A DNA stretch of 64,000 bases. It comes from Heptranchias perlo. Its lineage: Eukaryota. Below are positions 51,194-61,659 of the stretch, piece by piece (the first letter of the stretch is position 1; every line of letters starts with the position of its first letter). Where the stretch lies: the NCBI RefSeq assembly GCF_035084215.1, contig NC_090363.1, forward strand, positions 9,424,001-9,488,000, written 5' to 3'. Position numbers and translations under genes: made by a program. Under the pieces are notes generated by a model that ran no database searches, was not told the DNA's origin, and was given only the letters and a program-made list of their open reading frames with translations.

Positions 51194-52299
51194 GTAAGTT
51201 CAGACACAAGTTATGTTATTATTTATATCACTCTTTTAAAACCCTCCATTAAATCTCCTCTTAGCATTCTCTGCTATTGTTAAAGAGTCCAGTTAACCTC
51301 ATCCTGCTAATCTATGCAGTACGCTCTATATGGCTTTAATGCCCTTTCTATGAGCCCGGCCATTACTATGCAATTGGCCACTGTGGCTCCCAAAACAAGC
51401 GTGCAGCATGTGTGATGGTGAAGAAGTTTATGGCCTTGTCACTGAGCAAATTATTTTCTTTGTCCCATTACTGAAGCAGAGTTTGCATTTATCCTTATTT
51501 TTCTCATGAATTTGCCATTCTTTTCCTACCTAGTCTACCTTCTGTCTTTTTTTTTCAAGATGCCATTATACTGCTGCTTGTTTGAGAGAGACATGATGCA
51601 GGAAAGCCCAGTTATACTTCCATTCAGTTTGAAAACTGCAGTTAGGACCAAGCAAGGTGCAGGAACAGAAGGTCGGGGATGTAAACTTACCAGAGTCAGA
51701 GCTTCACTGTATAGTTTGGGAAGTCTTTGAGTCATTAGGCTCCCTGTCTCTGAGCGTCAGGCAGCTGCTGTCAGATTTCACTGCTGCATGGGCATTGCTC
51801 CCGGCTCAGGTGCCTGTCTCCAAAATATTAATACCCCCCGCTTCTCTGGGATTGGAGACAGGGGTCAGGGAGAGGCCAAAGCGACAGACGGAGTTTCTAT
51901 GCCGATAGCTCCAGAGGATGAACTATCACCGGCACAGGCATGATGGGTCGAATGACCTCCATCTGTGACCAAGATAAACAGACTGACAGAAAGTGAAATA
52001 AGTTCAGAGAGGGTGAGTGCAAAGTTAAGATAGTTTGATTCAAAATGAACTCTGAGAGGAAGAGCCTAAAACAGTAACATTATCACATTTAATTTCACTA
52101 TGTCAAAGAGACCAGGAACATATCGGGAGCAAGGACTGACAGAAATAACAAAAGATTTTTTTTAAGATCACTCCTATTTTTGTAATTTGTGAATTTTTAA
52201 AAATGTTCTAAAGCATATTTGTGGATGGTATGGGGTGCATTAGTGATTGTTTCTATATCTATAGAATTAGATTGAGAATGCTGTTCACTGCAAGTTGTA

Positions 52300-52737
52300 A
52301 GAAAAATCCTGTATTCATATAGCACCTTTCACAACCTCAGGCAGTTAACAGCCAATGAAATACTTTTTGAAATGAGTCACTGTTGTAATGTAGGGAAACA
52401 CAGCAGCCAAATTGGGCAAAGCAAGGTCCCACAAAAAGCAATGAGATAAATGACCAGATAACTTTTTTTAGTGATGTTGATTGCAGGATAAATGTTGGCC
52501 AGGGCATCAGAGGAACTCCCCGCTTGTCTTAAAATAGTGCCATGGGATCATTTACATTCACCTGAGGAGAAAGAAGGGACCTAACTTTAATGTCTTATCC
52601 AAAAGACAGCACTTCCAACAGTGCAGCACTCCCTCATTACTGCACTGGAGTGTCAGCCTAGATTATCTGCTCAAATCTCTGGACTTGAATCTATGAACCT
52701 TTGACATTTAAACTGAGAGTGAACCAAGGCTGACACC
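52300..52737 (-). mobile_element. Deu-domain-type SINE; partial copies also at about 15160-15385 (+) and 29400-29575 (-)
   Basis: Sequence similarity to 9565-9978. Confidence 0.72.
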
Positions 52738-53082
52738 TATACACTGACATAGGGATCACAACCTTGGTATAAAAAAGGTAATTGGGCAAATGTTCCTGTT
52801 CCTGCTTCTGGGACTATTGGATCTCCTGGGCACAGCAAATACAGGAGAATCAGATGGAGAGGAGCACACATCAGGGAGGCCATCTGATTTTCTCTCCATT
52901 AATATAAATGATGGAAAATTGAATGGGCTCTGTTAGGGGAGTATGCTTCTCCCAGCCCATTATTCCTGTATTCACTGTATCCAGACGATCTAATAGCCCC
53001 AAACACCGGAAAACCATCCCTGTATTTTTCTTGACCACTTGCATTCCCCAGAGGCACATGTGGCAGCAGACAGATCAGCATT

Positions 53083-53104
53083 TGTGTGTGTGTGTGTGTG
53101 TGTG
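53083..53104. repeat. (TG)11 microsatellite upstream of the TM4 exon acceptor
   Basis: Direct reading. Confidence 0.9.
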
Positions 53105-53156
53105 AGAGATGAAAACTCCTGTCCTCTCTGATTCTTTCTGTTTTATTTGTTACCAG

Positions 53157-53252
53157 TTTGCAGGGCAATACTGGGTGCAGTAACTCCATTGGGTGAAATC
53201 ACTGTGATATGTGCATCGGGTATCCTGCTTGCGGAAGTAATGAAACAAGCTG
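53157..53252 (+). CDS. Ig-5TM receptor exon 8, TM4: LCRAILGAVTPLGEITVICASGILLAEVMKQA
   Basis: Long pyrimidine tract plus ccAG acceptor, G|GTGAGT donor, 96 nt, phase 1-1, open. Confidence 0.8.
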
Positions 53253-56200
53253 GTGAGTGTTCAATGATAAAGTTGTAGCCAACGAATCAATTCTGAAAGT
53301 AATACCTCTTGAGGAATACTGTGATTAGGAGAGCTAATTGCAGTCATTTTTGCCACAGTTTTCATGGGAACCCATCGAACTATTGAAGTTTACAGTGCAG
53401 AAGGAGGCCCTCTGGCCCATCGTGTATGCGCCAGCTCTTTGCTGGAGCAATCCAAATCCAATCCCACTGCCTTGCTCTGGTCCCATAACCCTGCATCATC
53501 TTCTGCTTCAAATATTTATCCAATTTTCTTGAGATGCAATGGTCTATGCCTCAACCACTCTTGGTGGCAATGCATTCCATGCTCCAAAAATCCTGTGCAA
53601 AGAAATTTCTGCTAACCTCCCTTACGTTAGTGACCATTTTAAATTGATGACCCATTTTTACTGACTCCTCAACCAGAGGAAATGGTTTCCTTATTCATTC
53701 TATCAAAATCCTTCATACTTTCAAAAAAAACCTCTACTAAATCTCTCTGCCTTTGCGGCAGTGAAAACAGCCTTAGTATTTCAAGACCCTCCTCATCCCT
53801 GGCTTCTTCCTGGTGTCATCAACCATATTGATACATGCAAATAGGTTCAAAAGACAGGCTTGTTGTCCTGAAGTATGAGAAATCTCTGTGTAAGAAAGGC
53901 ACCATGAGTGGAAAAACTACAGGCTGGATACCCACACTGAGCTGCAATCTCATCTGCAGTACAAACAGCAATTTGCATTTATATAGTAGCTTTAACATAG
54001 AATGACATCCCAAGAATGTAGTCCATTGTAGTCAGTGGAGAGTAATATTGGGTGAGGTGTAAAACCAGTGTTCCTCCTGATCCCATGGGTTTTTTGCTTG
54101 GCGAGTTGGGTTAATATTTCCCTCTTGGAGCTTATGTATATTTAATTGTATTCTGCAAGCCTAGCAAAATAACCTTATGGCTTGACCAAGTTCACTCTCC
54201 GAACAAACCTACTTTCTACTTTAGCAGATGATTAATGGTACATGTTATCAACTTTCTGTTAAGGCTACTTTGTCAGTTAATTAAATATCGCATAGTAATA
54301 CCTGTAAATCCCTACAATAATGTAGTGTGAGCACCTTAGCTTGTCTGATCAGAAGTGTCTGGTTTGACTGACTAATCATTTTTTCACTCAAACCATCCCC
54401 GGAGAGAGAATAAAGCAGGGATTTTAATCAAACTTTAAACAGATTGACCTCCCACCATTAATAGCAGACAATGGAATGCTATCCAAAGATAGTGACACAG
54501 ATTTTCCTCTTCGGTGTCCGAGCATCAGTGCTCAGATCACTGGGAGGATCCAGGGCAAATTCAGATACATGTTGCCCATAACTCCCCTCAATTAAAATTA
54601 ATGAACAGAAAATGGGGGTTATAGTTAATACTGAGGAGGACTGCAACAAAATACAAGAAGACGTTAACAAACTTGCAGAATGGGCGTGTGATTGGCAAAT
54701 GATTTTCAATATAGATAAATGTGAGGTGCTGTATTTTGATAGTGGAAGCCACATACATCCTTGGAAAATAAGAGTCTAAATGGGGTGGAGGAGCAAAGGG
54801 ATCTAGGGGTACAGATTCACAAATCATAAAAGTAGCAATGCAGGTTAACAAAGCCATAAAAAATGCAAATTAATGGGGTTAGTTTCTAGAGGAGTAGAAT
54901 TCAAAAGCCAAGAGGTTATGTTAAACTTCTATAGTACCTTGGTTAGACGATACTTGGAGTACTGTGCACAGTTCTGGTCTCCATATTACAAAAAGGATAT
55001 AAAGTCACTGGAAAAGGTGCAAAAAGATTTACAAGGATGATACCAGAAATGAGAGGTTATAACTATCAGGTAAGACTAAACAGGCTGGGGTTCTTTACCA
55101 AAGAAAAGAGAAGGCTGAGAACTGACCTGATAGAGATCTTTAAAATTATGATGGGGTTCAATAGGTTAGATGCAGAGACGATGCTTCCACTTGTGGGGGA
55201 GTCTAAAACTAGGGGCCATAAATATAAAATAGTCACCAATAAATCCAATAAGGCATTCAGAAGAAACTTCTTTAATTACAGAGTGGTTAGAGTGTGGAAT
55301 CTGTTACTACATGGAATGGTTGAGGCGAATAGCATAGATGCATTTATGAGGAAGCTAGAGAAAGGAATAGAAGGATATGTTGGTAGGGTGGGAGGAGACT
55401 CGTGTGGAGCATAAACACTGACATGGACCAGTTGGGCCAAGTGGCCTGTTTGAATTACATAGAATTTACAAAACACAATGTAAAACGATGGCAGCTTGCA
55501 TCCGAATTTAGAGTAGGTGCTGTCAGCGAGTAAAGCTCTTGTGCCTGGGCTCTGAAGAGAAAATTCTGAATTTGCTAATATTGCTAGCTGTAGTTTCCAC
55601 AGTCACCGGGAGTCAAAGATTGACTCATTACCAGTAGATGTTCCGTGTCGTTGCTCATAGTAAGTCAGATGATGCGTTTACAAGGACAAGATTTATTATT
55701 CTGCGGAGGTGAAGTATTAAAGGCCACAAAATCTTCATTGCTATTAAGTAAATGCGGGTGAGTTCATACATGAGTCAATGAAGAGACTGCAGACATTCTG
55801 ACTCTGGTATTTTCAGTCCCTGAAGAGTTTCTCCATACATTCCAATTTTTGTTTCTATATACTTTTTTTTTGAAGTGCGACACAAAAATTTGAATGTGAC
55901 ATTTGAAGTGTGATGGACAAGAAATGCACGCTGAACACGATGGCTGGGATTTTCAGCTTCAGTGCTCTGTTATCCTGGGAGCGAGCATTCAGAAATCGGG
56001 AAATTCCACATCAGCTGCCCATGATTTTCAGATAATTAAAATCAACGGTTGGAAAATCACAGTTCATAGATATACAGTTTCCTGATATGTGCTGCCAGCT
56101 GTGCCAAGAGTGCTGAAAAAGAATGTTCTGGCCGGCCATTTTATAATAATAGATGAGATGCGCATCATACTAAACGTACTGTAGCTAATAATACAAGCTG

Positions 56201-56415
56201 AAAAGGTTGGGAGCCAAGGATTTCTAGTGACTTAACTGAGAGGCCTCCAATGGAGGGTATAGTTAATTTTTCTAATGATGTGTGTTGTACATATGTCAAA
56301 GGAATATATTACATATTTATTGTACTTATTTTGAATATAACAATTTATCAGTCTTCCAACTAATGTGTTGATTGGAACTGCAGTTTGATTATTACATGAT
56401 AATATCTATTGGCAG

Positions 56416-56517
56416 ATAAAGGATGTGATCCAGCTATCAATCTACAATCAACTATAATATTAGCTGTGATGGGGCCACTGGTTCTTCTGGTTGCAAGCTT
56501 TGCAGTTTACATCGTAT
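56416..56517 (+). CDS. Ig-5TM receptor exon 9, extracellular loop and TM5: DKGCDPAINLQSTIILAVMGPLVLLVASFAVYIV
   Basis: ttggcAG acceptor, T|GTAAGT donor, 102 nt, phase 1-1, hydrophobic helix. Confidence 0.82.
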
Positions 56518-59169
56518 GTAAGTAATGATACAGGTTGTTTCAAAACTATTGTAATGGACACAAAGTGCTGAGGGCAGGAACTGTGACTGGGATTTTCCAC
56601 ATCAGTCACTCCTGGTGACCACTGGGAGTACACATTGGGAAATTCTGCACCTCCAGCCCATGACTATCTGCCCACTAATTTTACTGCTTCAAAAACAATT
56701 ACGAGCTGGGAGTGTGGAAATTACTGATTATTGCCTGGTTTGAGCCAGGAACACTGAAGTGAAAATCCTGGCCAAAATTCTTCATTCATCTTGCATTTGT
56801 CATTGAGATTTTGTTAAGAGTAAAAGAAAATTCAATTTTTTGACGTTGCGGTTTGGCACATTGGAGCTCTGATAGCATTTATAATAAAATGCTAGGGCAT
56901 GTGTTGGCTGGGCAAGTGCTGATATAGGGTCTGCACTAGATATTCCCTCTGGTTCAGTGCCACTGGTCTCCCATGTAAGTAGTTTGTCACTTGTATTTGA
57001 TCCCAATCCCAAATTTCTGGTCAGTGGTGACCCCCAGGATGTTGACGTCAGGGACTTGGCGATGGTAATACCATTGAATGTCAAGGGGAGGTGGTTAGAT
57101 TCTCTTGTTGGAGATGGTCATTGTGTGGCACGAATGTTACTTGCCACATATCAGCCCAAGCCTGGATGTTGTCTAGGTCTTGCTGCATGCGGGCACGCAC
57201 TGCTTCACTATCTGAGGAATTGCAAATGGAATTTAACATTGTGCAATCATCAGCGAATAGCCCCACTTCTAACCTTATGATGGAGGGAAGCTCATTGTTG
57301 CAGCAGTTGAAGATAGTTGGGCCCAGGACACTGCCCTGAGGAACTCCTGCAGCGATATACTCGGGCTGCGATGATTGGCCTCCAACAACCACAGCCATCT
57401 TCCTTTGTGCCAGGTATGACTTCAGCCATGAGTGTATTCCCCCTGATCCCCGTTGACTTCCGTTTTACTCGGGCTTCTTGATGCCATACTCGGTCGAATG
57501 CTGCCTTGATGTCAAGGGCATCACTCTCATCTCACCTCTGGAATTCAGCTCTTTTGTCCATATTTGGACTAAGGTTGTAATAAGGTCTGAAGCTGAATGG
57601 TCCTGATTGAACCCAGGTGCCAGTTTTGTAGCTATACTGGAACAGCTTGGCTAGTGGCACGGCTATTTCTAGAGCACAGGTCTTCAGCACTACAGCCGGG
57701 ATGTTGTCGGGACCTGTAGCCTTTGCTGTGGCCAGTGCGCTCAGCCGGTACTTTATCATGCGGAGTGAATTGAATTGGCTGAAGACTGGCATCTGTGATA
57801 GTAGGGACCTCAGGTGGAGGCTGAGAAAGATTATCCACTCAGCAGTTCTGGCTGAACATGGTTTTGAGACTTGCAATTTACAATGAGTTGGTTGCAACCT
57901 GGTGCATGCCATTGGAATCCCAAGCCTGGGGCTAGTACATATCAGGAGTTTATTGTATGGTGGCATGGACTCTGGCAAGTGAAGATTCACCTTCCTGCAC
58001 TATGGTTTGAATAATTTCTTTTAGATGGAGTCCTTTATTTCTGAAATCACTCCAACCCCAACTATGCACTAATAGCATTTTGGGTTTTATTAATAGGGGC
58101 ATAGAGTACAACAAGAAAGAGATGATAAATTTCTACAAGACAATGGTTAGGCCACAGTTAGTGCACTTTATATAGTTTTTGGTGCACTATTATAGAAAGG
58201 ACATTAAAGCTATAGAGAGCAGGCAGCATAGATTCATCAGGAAGATGCCAGGAATTAAAAACAGTAGTTAAGACGAGAGATTTGAAATGTTGGGTCTATT
58301 TCTACTGGAACAACGAAGGCTAGGAGGACATTTAAGGGATTCTTAAAATTGGTTTTGATGGTGAATAGGGAAAGTTGGGGAGTCGGTGATGGCTCATCGA
58401 TTTAAGCGAGTAAGAGGAGAGATTTCCTCACAGGATTGTTGGAACATGGAAAGCTTTGTAACAAGGAGTGGTTGAGGCAGGGACCATTGCATCTTGTAAG
58501 GGTAGAATAGATGGACATTTGAAGCATGGGAAGATACAGGGCTATGGGGAGAGCAGGGCAGTGGAATTAGTTTTGAATTGCTGTAGCAAAGGGCTGAATG
58601 GCCTCCACCTGTGCTGTAAACTTATCCTATTAAAGAATGCTCAAACACCATTACTTGGGTCAAAAGGACTGGATCAGTGGTGGTCTCAATTATCTCAGAC
58701 CCTACATAGGTACACTGACCTCTCTTCGGCCACTTATGTTCCTTATGATGGAGGAGAAAGAAACGGAAGAACTTTTAACTGTAAGAGGGATCTAAATGGT
58801 TATTCACCAATATGTAATTTGTTTTCTTAAATGTGCCTTGACTCCATTGAGCAACATCCTAGAATCACTTGGGACGTGGGTGATGTGGTAAATGGCCCAA
58901 GATAAGAATTGTTGCACTTTTCTTTGCCATTATCTCTTGGGGAGCAACTATAATTGATACTTAGAGTTCCTCTATGAATCTTTCAGTAATTGTAGAGGTT
59001 TGTTTAGTTCTCAGAATGTGGGTGTTGCTGGCAAGGCCGCATTAATTGCTTATCCCTTGTTGCTCTGAGAAGATGGTGGGGGTGTTCTCCTTGACTCGCA
59101 ACAGTCCTTGAGGCGATGGTGTTAGGTACAGAATTCCAGGCCGTGAAACTGCAATGAAGGAATGACTAT

Positions 59170-59409
59170 GGGGGTGATTTTAACCCCCAAGAACGGGTGA
59201 GTTGGGGTCGGGTGGGAATTGAAAATAATTTTTTTTGGGTCGCGACTGCAAAATTTTCAGACTTTGCATTCCCAGTGGGAAGCGTGTACTTTTACGCACC
59301 CAAGTTAAACCCGGAAATAAAGCCGGGTTATGGTTGTGACCCAAAAAAAACTATTTTCAACTCCCACCCGCCCCCAACCCATCTGTTCTTGGGGGTTAAA
59401 ATCACCCCC
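59170..59409. mobile_element. PIF/Harbinger-type MITE, copy 3 (inverted), inserted in an old LINE
   Basis: Same TIRs, TSD TAT, internal sequence is the reverse complement of copies 1 and 2. Confidence 0.85.
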
Positions 59410-60471
59410 TATATGTCCAAGTCAGGATGGTGTATGACTTGGAGATGATGGTCTCCCCACTACATTGCTGCTCTAGTCCTTTTTGCTGGTGGCACTTGCA
59501 AGAGAGGGAGGTGCTGTTGAAGTAAACTTGGTGAGTTGCTGGAGTACACTATAGATCATACATACTGCAACCACCATGCGCTGGTGATGGAGGGATTGGA
59601 TATTAAGTCCAGTGATAGGGGCGTGGATCAAATGAACTGCTCTGTGTTGGATGGTGTTAAACTTCTTTAGTGCTATGGCTGCACCCATTCAGGTGACTGG
59701 TGAGTATTCCATCAGACTCCTGATTTGAGTCTTGAACATGGTGGAGAGGGTTTGAGGTGCCAGGAGATGAGCCACTCGTCAGAGCACCCAGCCCTACTCT
59801 GCCCTGCTGTAGTAGCCATGATGTTGATATGGTTGGTTCAGTTGAGCAGTGGTGACCTGCAAGATGTTGATGGTGGGGGACTGATGGTGCTGCTGGAAGG
59901 TCGGGGAGAAATTTCTGGACTTCATGTTTGAGATGGTCATTATTCAGCGCTTCTGCAGTGGAAAGGTTAACCTGCCACTTGTCAGCCCAGCCTGGATGTT
60001 GTAATCTGACATGAGCTGCTTAATTATCGTTAGTTATGAATGGAGCTGAATATTGTAAAATCATCAGTAATTTATTCTAATAGCAGCCTTAGTTTTCTTT
60101 GGCTTTTTCTTACCACACTCCCATCTTTTGACTGGCAAATAGGAATGAGCCAGTTGTATAATGGTCAGTTAACCTGAGACTACAGGATAATATCCTACGG
60201 CTTTGAAATTACACTTGAGTGTAACATATTCTTGTGAAATTCCATTGTTTGCCACTTTAACGGAGGCATTAAAATAAGCAGGTCAGTTAATATAAGAGAC
60301 ATGGGAGTTTCATATGAGCTGTTAAACCTTGGTACACTGGATGGTAAAATTTGATGGACAAAGAGTTTTGGGAATGAATTGATGGACTTGTATTCTAATC
60401 ATCCATTAGTGAAAACCTTTGCTCGGTTCATTATTGCATCGATGCAACTCATTGTATGTTTATATCAACAG

Positions 60472-60551
60472 ATACAAAATGGAAAAAATGGACAACTAGA
60501 GCTCTGCCTACATATCCCAGTGTAAACGATCCTGATGAGTTTCATTGTATT
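60472..60551 (+). CDS. Ig-5TM receptor exon 10, cytoplasmic: YTKWKKWTTRALPTYPSVNDPDEFHCI
   Basis: caacAG acceptor, ATT|GTAAGT donor, 80 nt, phase 1 to 0. Basic stop-transfer KWKK directly follows TM5. Confidence 0.78.
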
Positions 60552-61347
60552 GTAAGTATTGGGATCAAATACAAGTGACAAGTTAGAAATACAGCTGTTG
60601 CTCTGAACCTTTCTGAAAATGAATGTTCCTGTAGTTTTCACACATTTATTTTAGTCAGAAATGGAAGATTCTGTTTAATTTTGCTGATTGAGTGAGTAAT
60701 TTGTGTGGAGAATGGGAAAGGCTCCAGTATCTGCTAAGCAAAAGGCATGCACACTACAGTGCTTACTGGAAGTAGAGGTGTTTGGTCCTGGTGATACACA
60801 GATAAATGGGATTATTTCTCATAAGCTATGCTCTGTTGAACATTTAAAAGGGAAGTGAAACAAAACCAAATCTCACCTTGTAGGCAAAATGTACAAGATG
60901 AAATTAAAGAACTTAAACTCTTGAATTTTAATGCCAGAAAGTTGAAAATTTATTAAAAGATATATGCCTTCATCAAATGCCAATAAATGATCGAATGTAA
61001 AAAACCTGAACTTTAGAAAATAGGGGAAAAGTACTGAAAGTGCTGCATGTAGAGAGATGATTTAAATTGCTGTATTAAACTCCATATATTACTCTGGTCC
61101 ATAGTAAACACATTTATTGTTAAACCTAAACGGGTCATATTTCTTTTTTTAAAAAAAACTTGACTAATAAAGCTTGTTGTTCAGGTCTAAAAGGAAAAAA
61201 CTTGATTGAAGGCATCATTAAAAAGAGACAAATCTCATTCATTTTACCATGTGTTACTAATTGTTAATTTTACATTTTTGTGTATTTAATAAAAATTAGC
61301 CTTTTCTTTTGCAGTTTACAGACATTTTGATTGTCTTTTTTCTGTAG

Positions 61348-61452
61348 GAGTTGAATTCAGCACCACCGCTACCAGTGAAGAACAACCTTCAATCTAGGAC
61401 CACTGCTACCAGTGAAGAACAACCTTCAATCTCGGACCACTGCTACCAGTGA
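61348..61452 (+). CDS. Ig-5TM receptor terminal coding exon: ELNSAPPLPVKNNLQSRTTATSEEQPSISDHCYQ*
   Basis: tcttttttctgtAG acceptor, phase 0, open to TGA at 61450-61452. A competing acceptor ends at 61314. Confidence 0.65.
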   Translation, partial: ELNSAPPLPVKNNLQSRTTATSEEQPSISDHCYQ

Positions 61453-61457
61453 AGAAC
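61362..61457 (+). repeat. 37-bp tandem repeat, about 2.6 copies, in the terminal coding exon
   Basis: accac(c/t)gctaccagtgaagaacaaccttcaatct(a/c)gg at 61362, 61399 and 61436 (partial). Confidence 0.92.
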
Positions 61458-61659
61458 TTTCTTAGACTGGGCCGGGTCTCCTAGATTTAACAGTCTAAAG
61501 AAGCGCGAGAGCGGAGACCCAGCCCAGTCTAACAGTCTGAAGAAGCGTGAGAGCGGAGCAATGAGTCTATTAATATAGTATGAACCATGTAACGTGTATT
61601 CAATAAGAAAGGGCAGGTGAGCCGAAAAGGATGCATGATGGTTATTATAGTCAAGTTTG

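Noticed and set aside
60505-60525. LPTYPSV as an ITIM or ITSM
   Set aside because: The -2 residue is Pro, so it fits neither consensus; it is only a generic YxxPhi motif.
23586-61452. Assigning the symbol CD47, HEPACAM, CEACAM or SLAMF
   Set aside because: The ectodomain does not match CD47 (no V-domain disulfide, extra C2) and the 5TM region does not match the others. Orthology cannot be set without a search.
61362-61457. 37-bp repeats as a CRISPR array
   Set aside because: There are no spacers and the context is eukaryotic and exonic.
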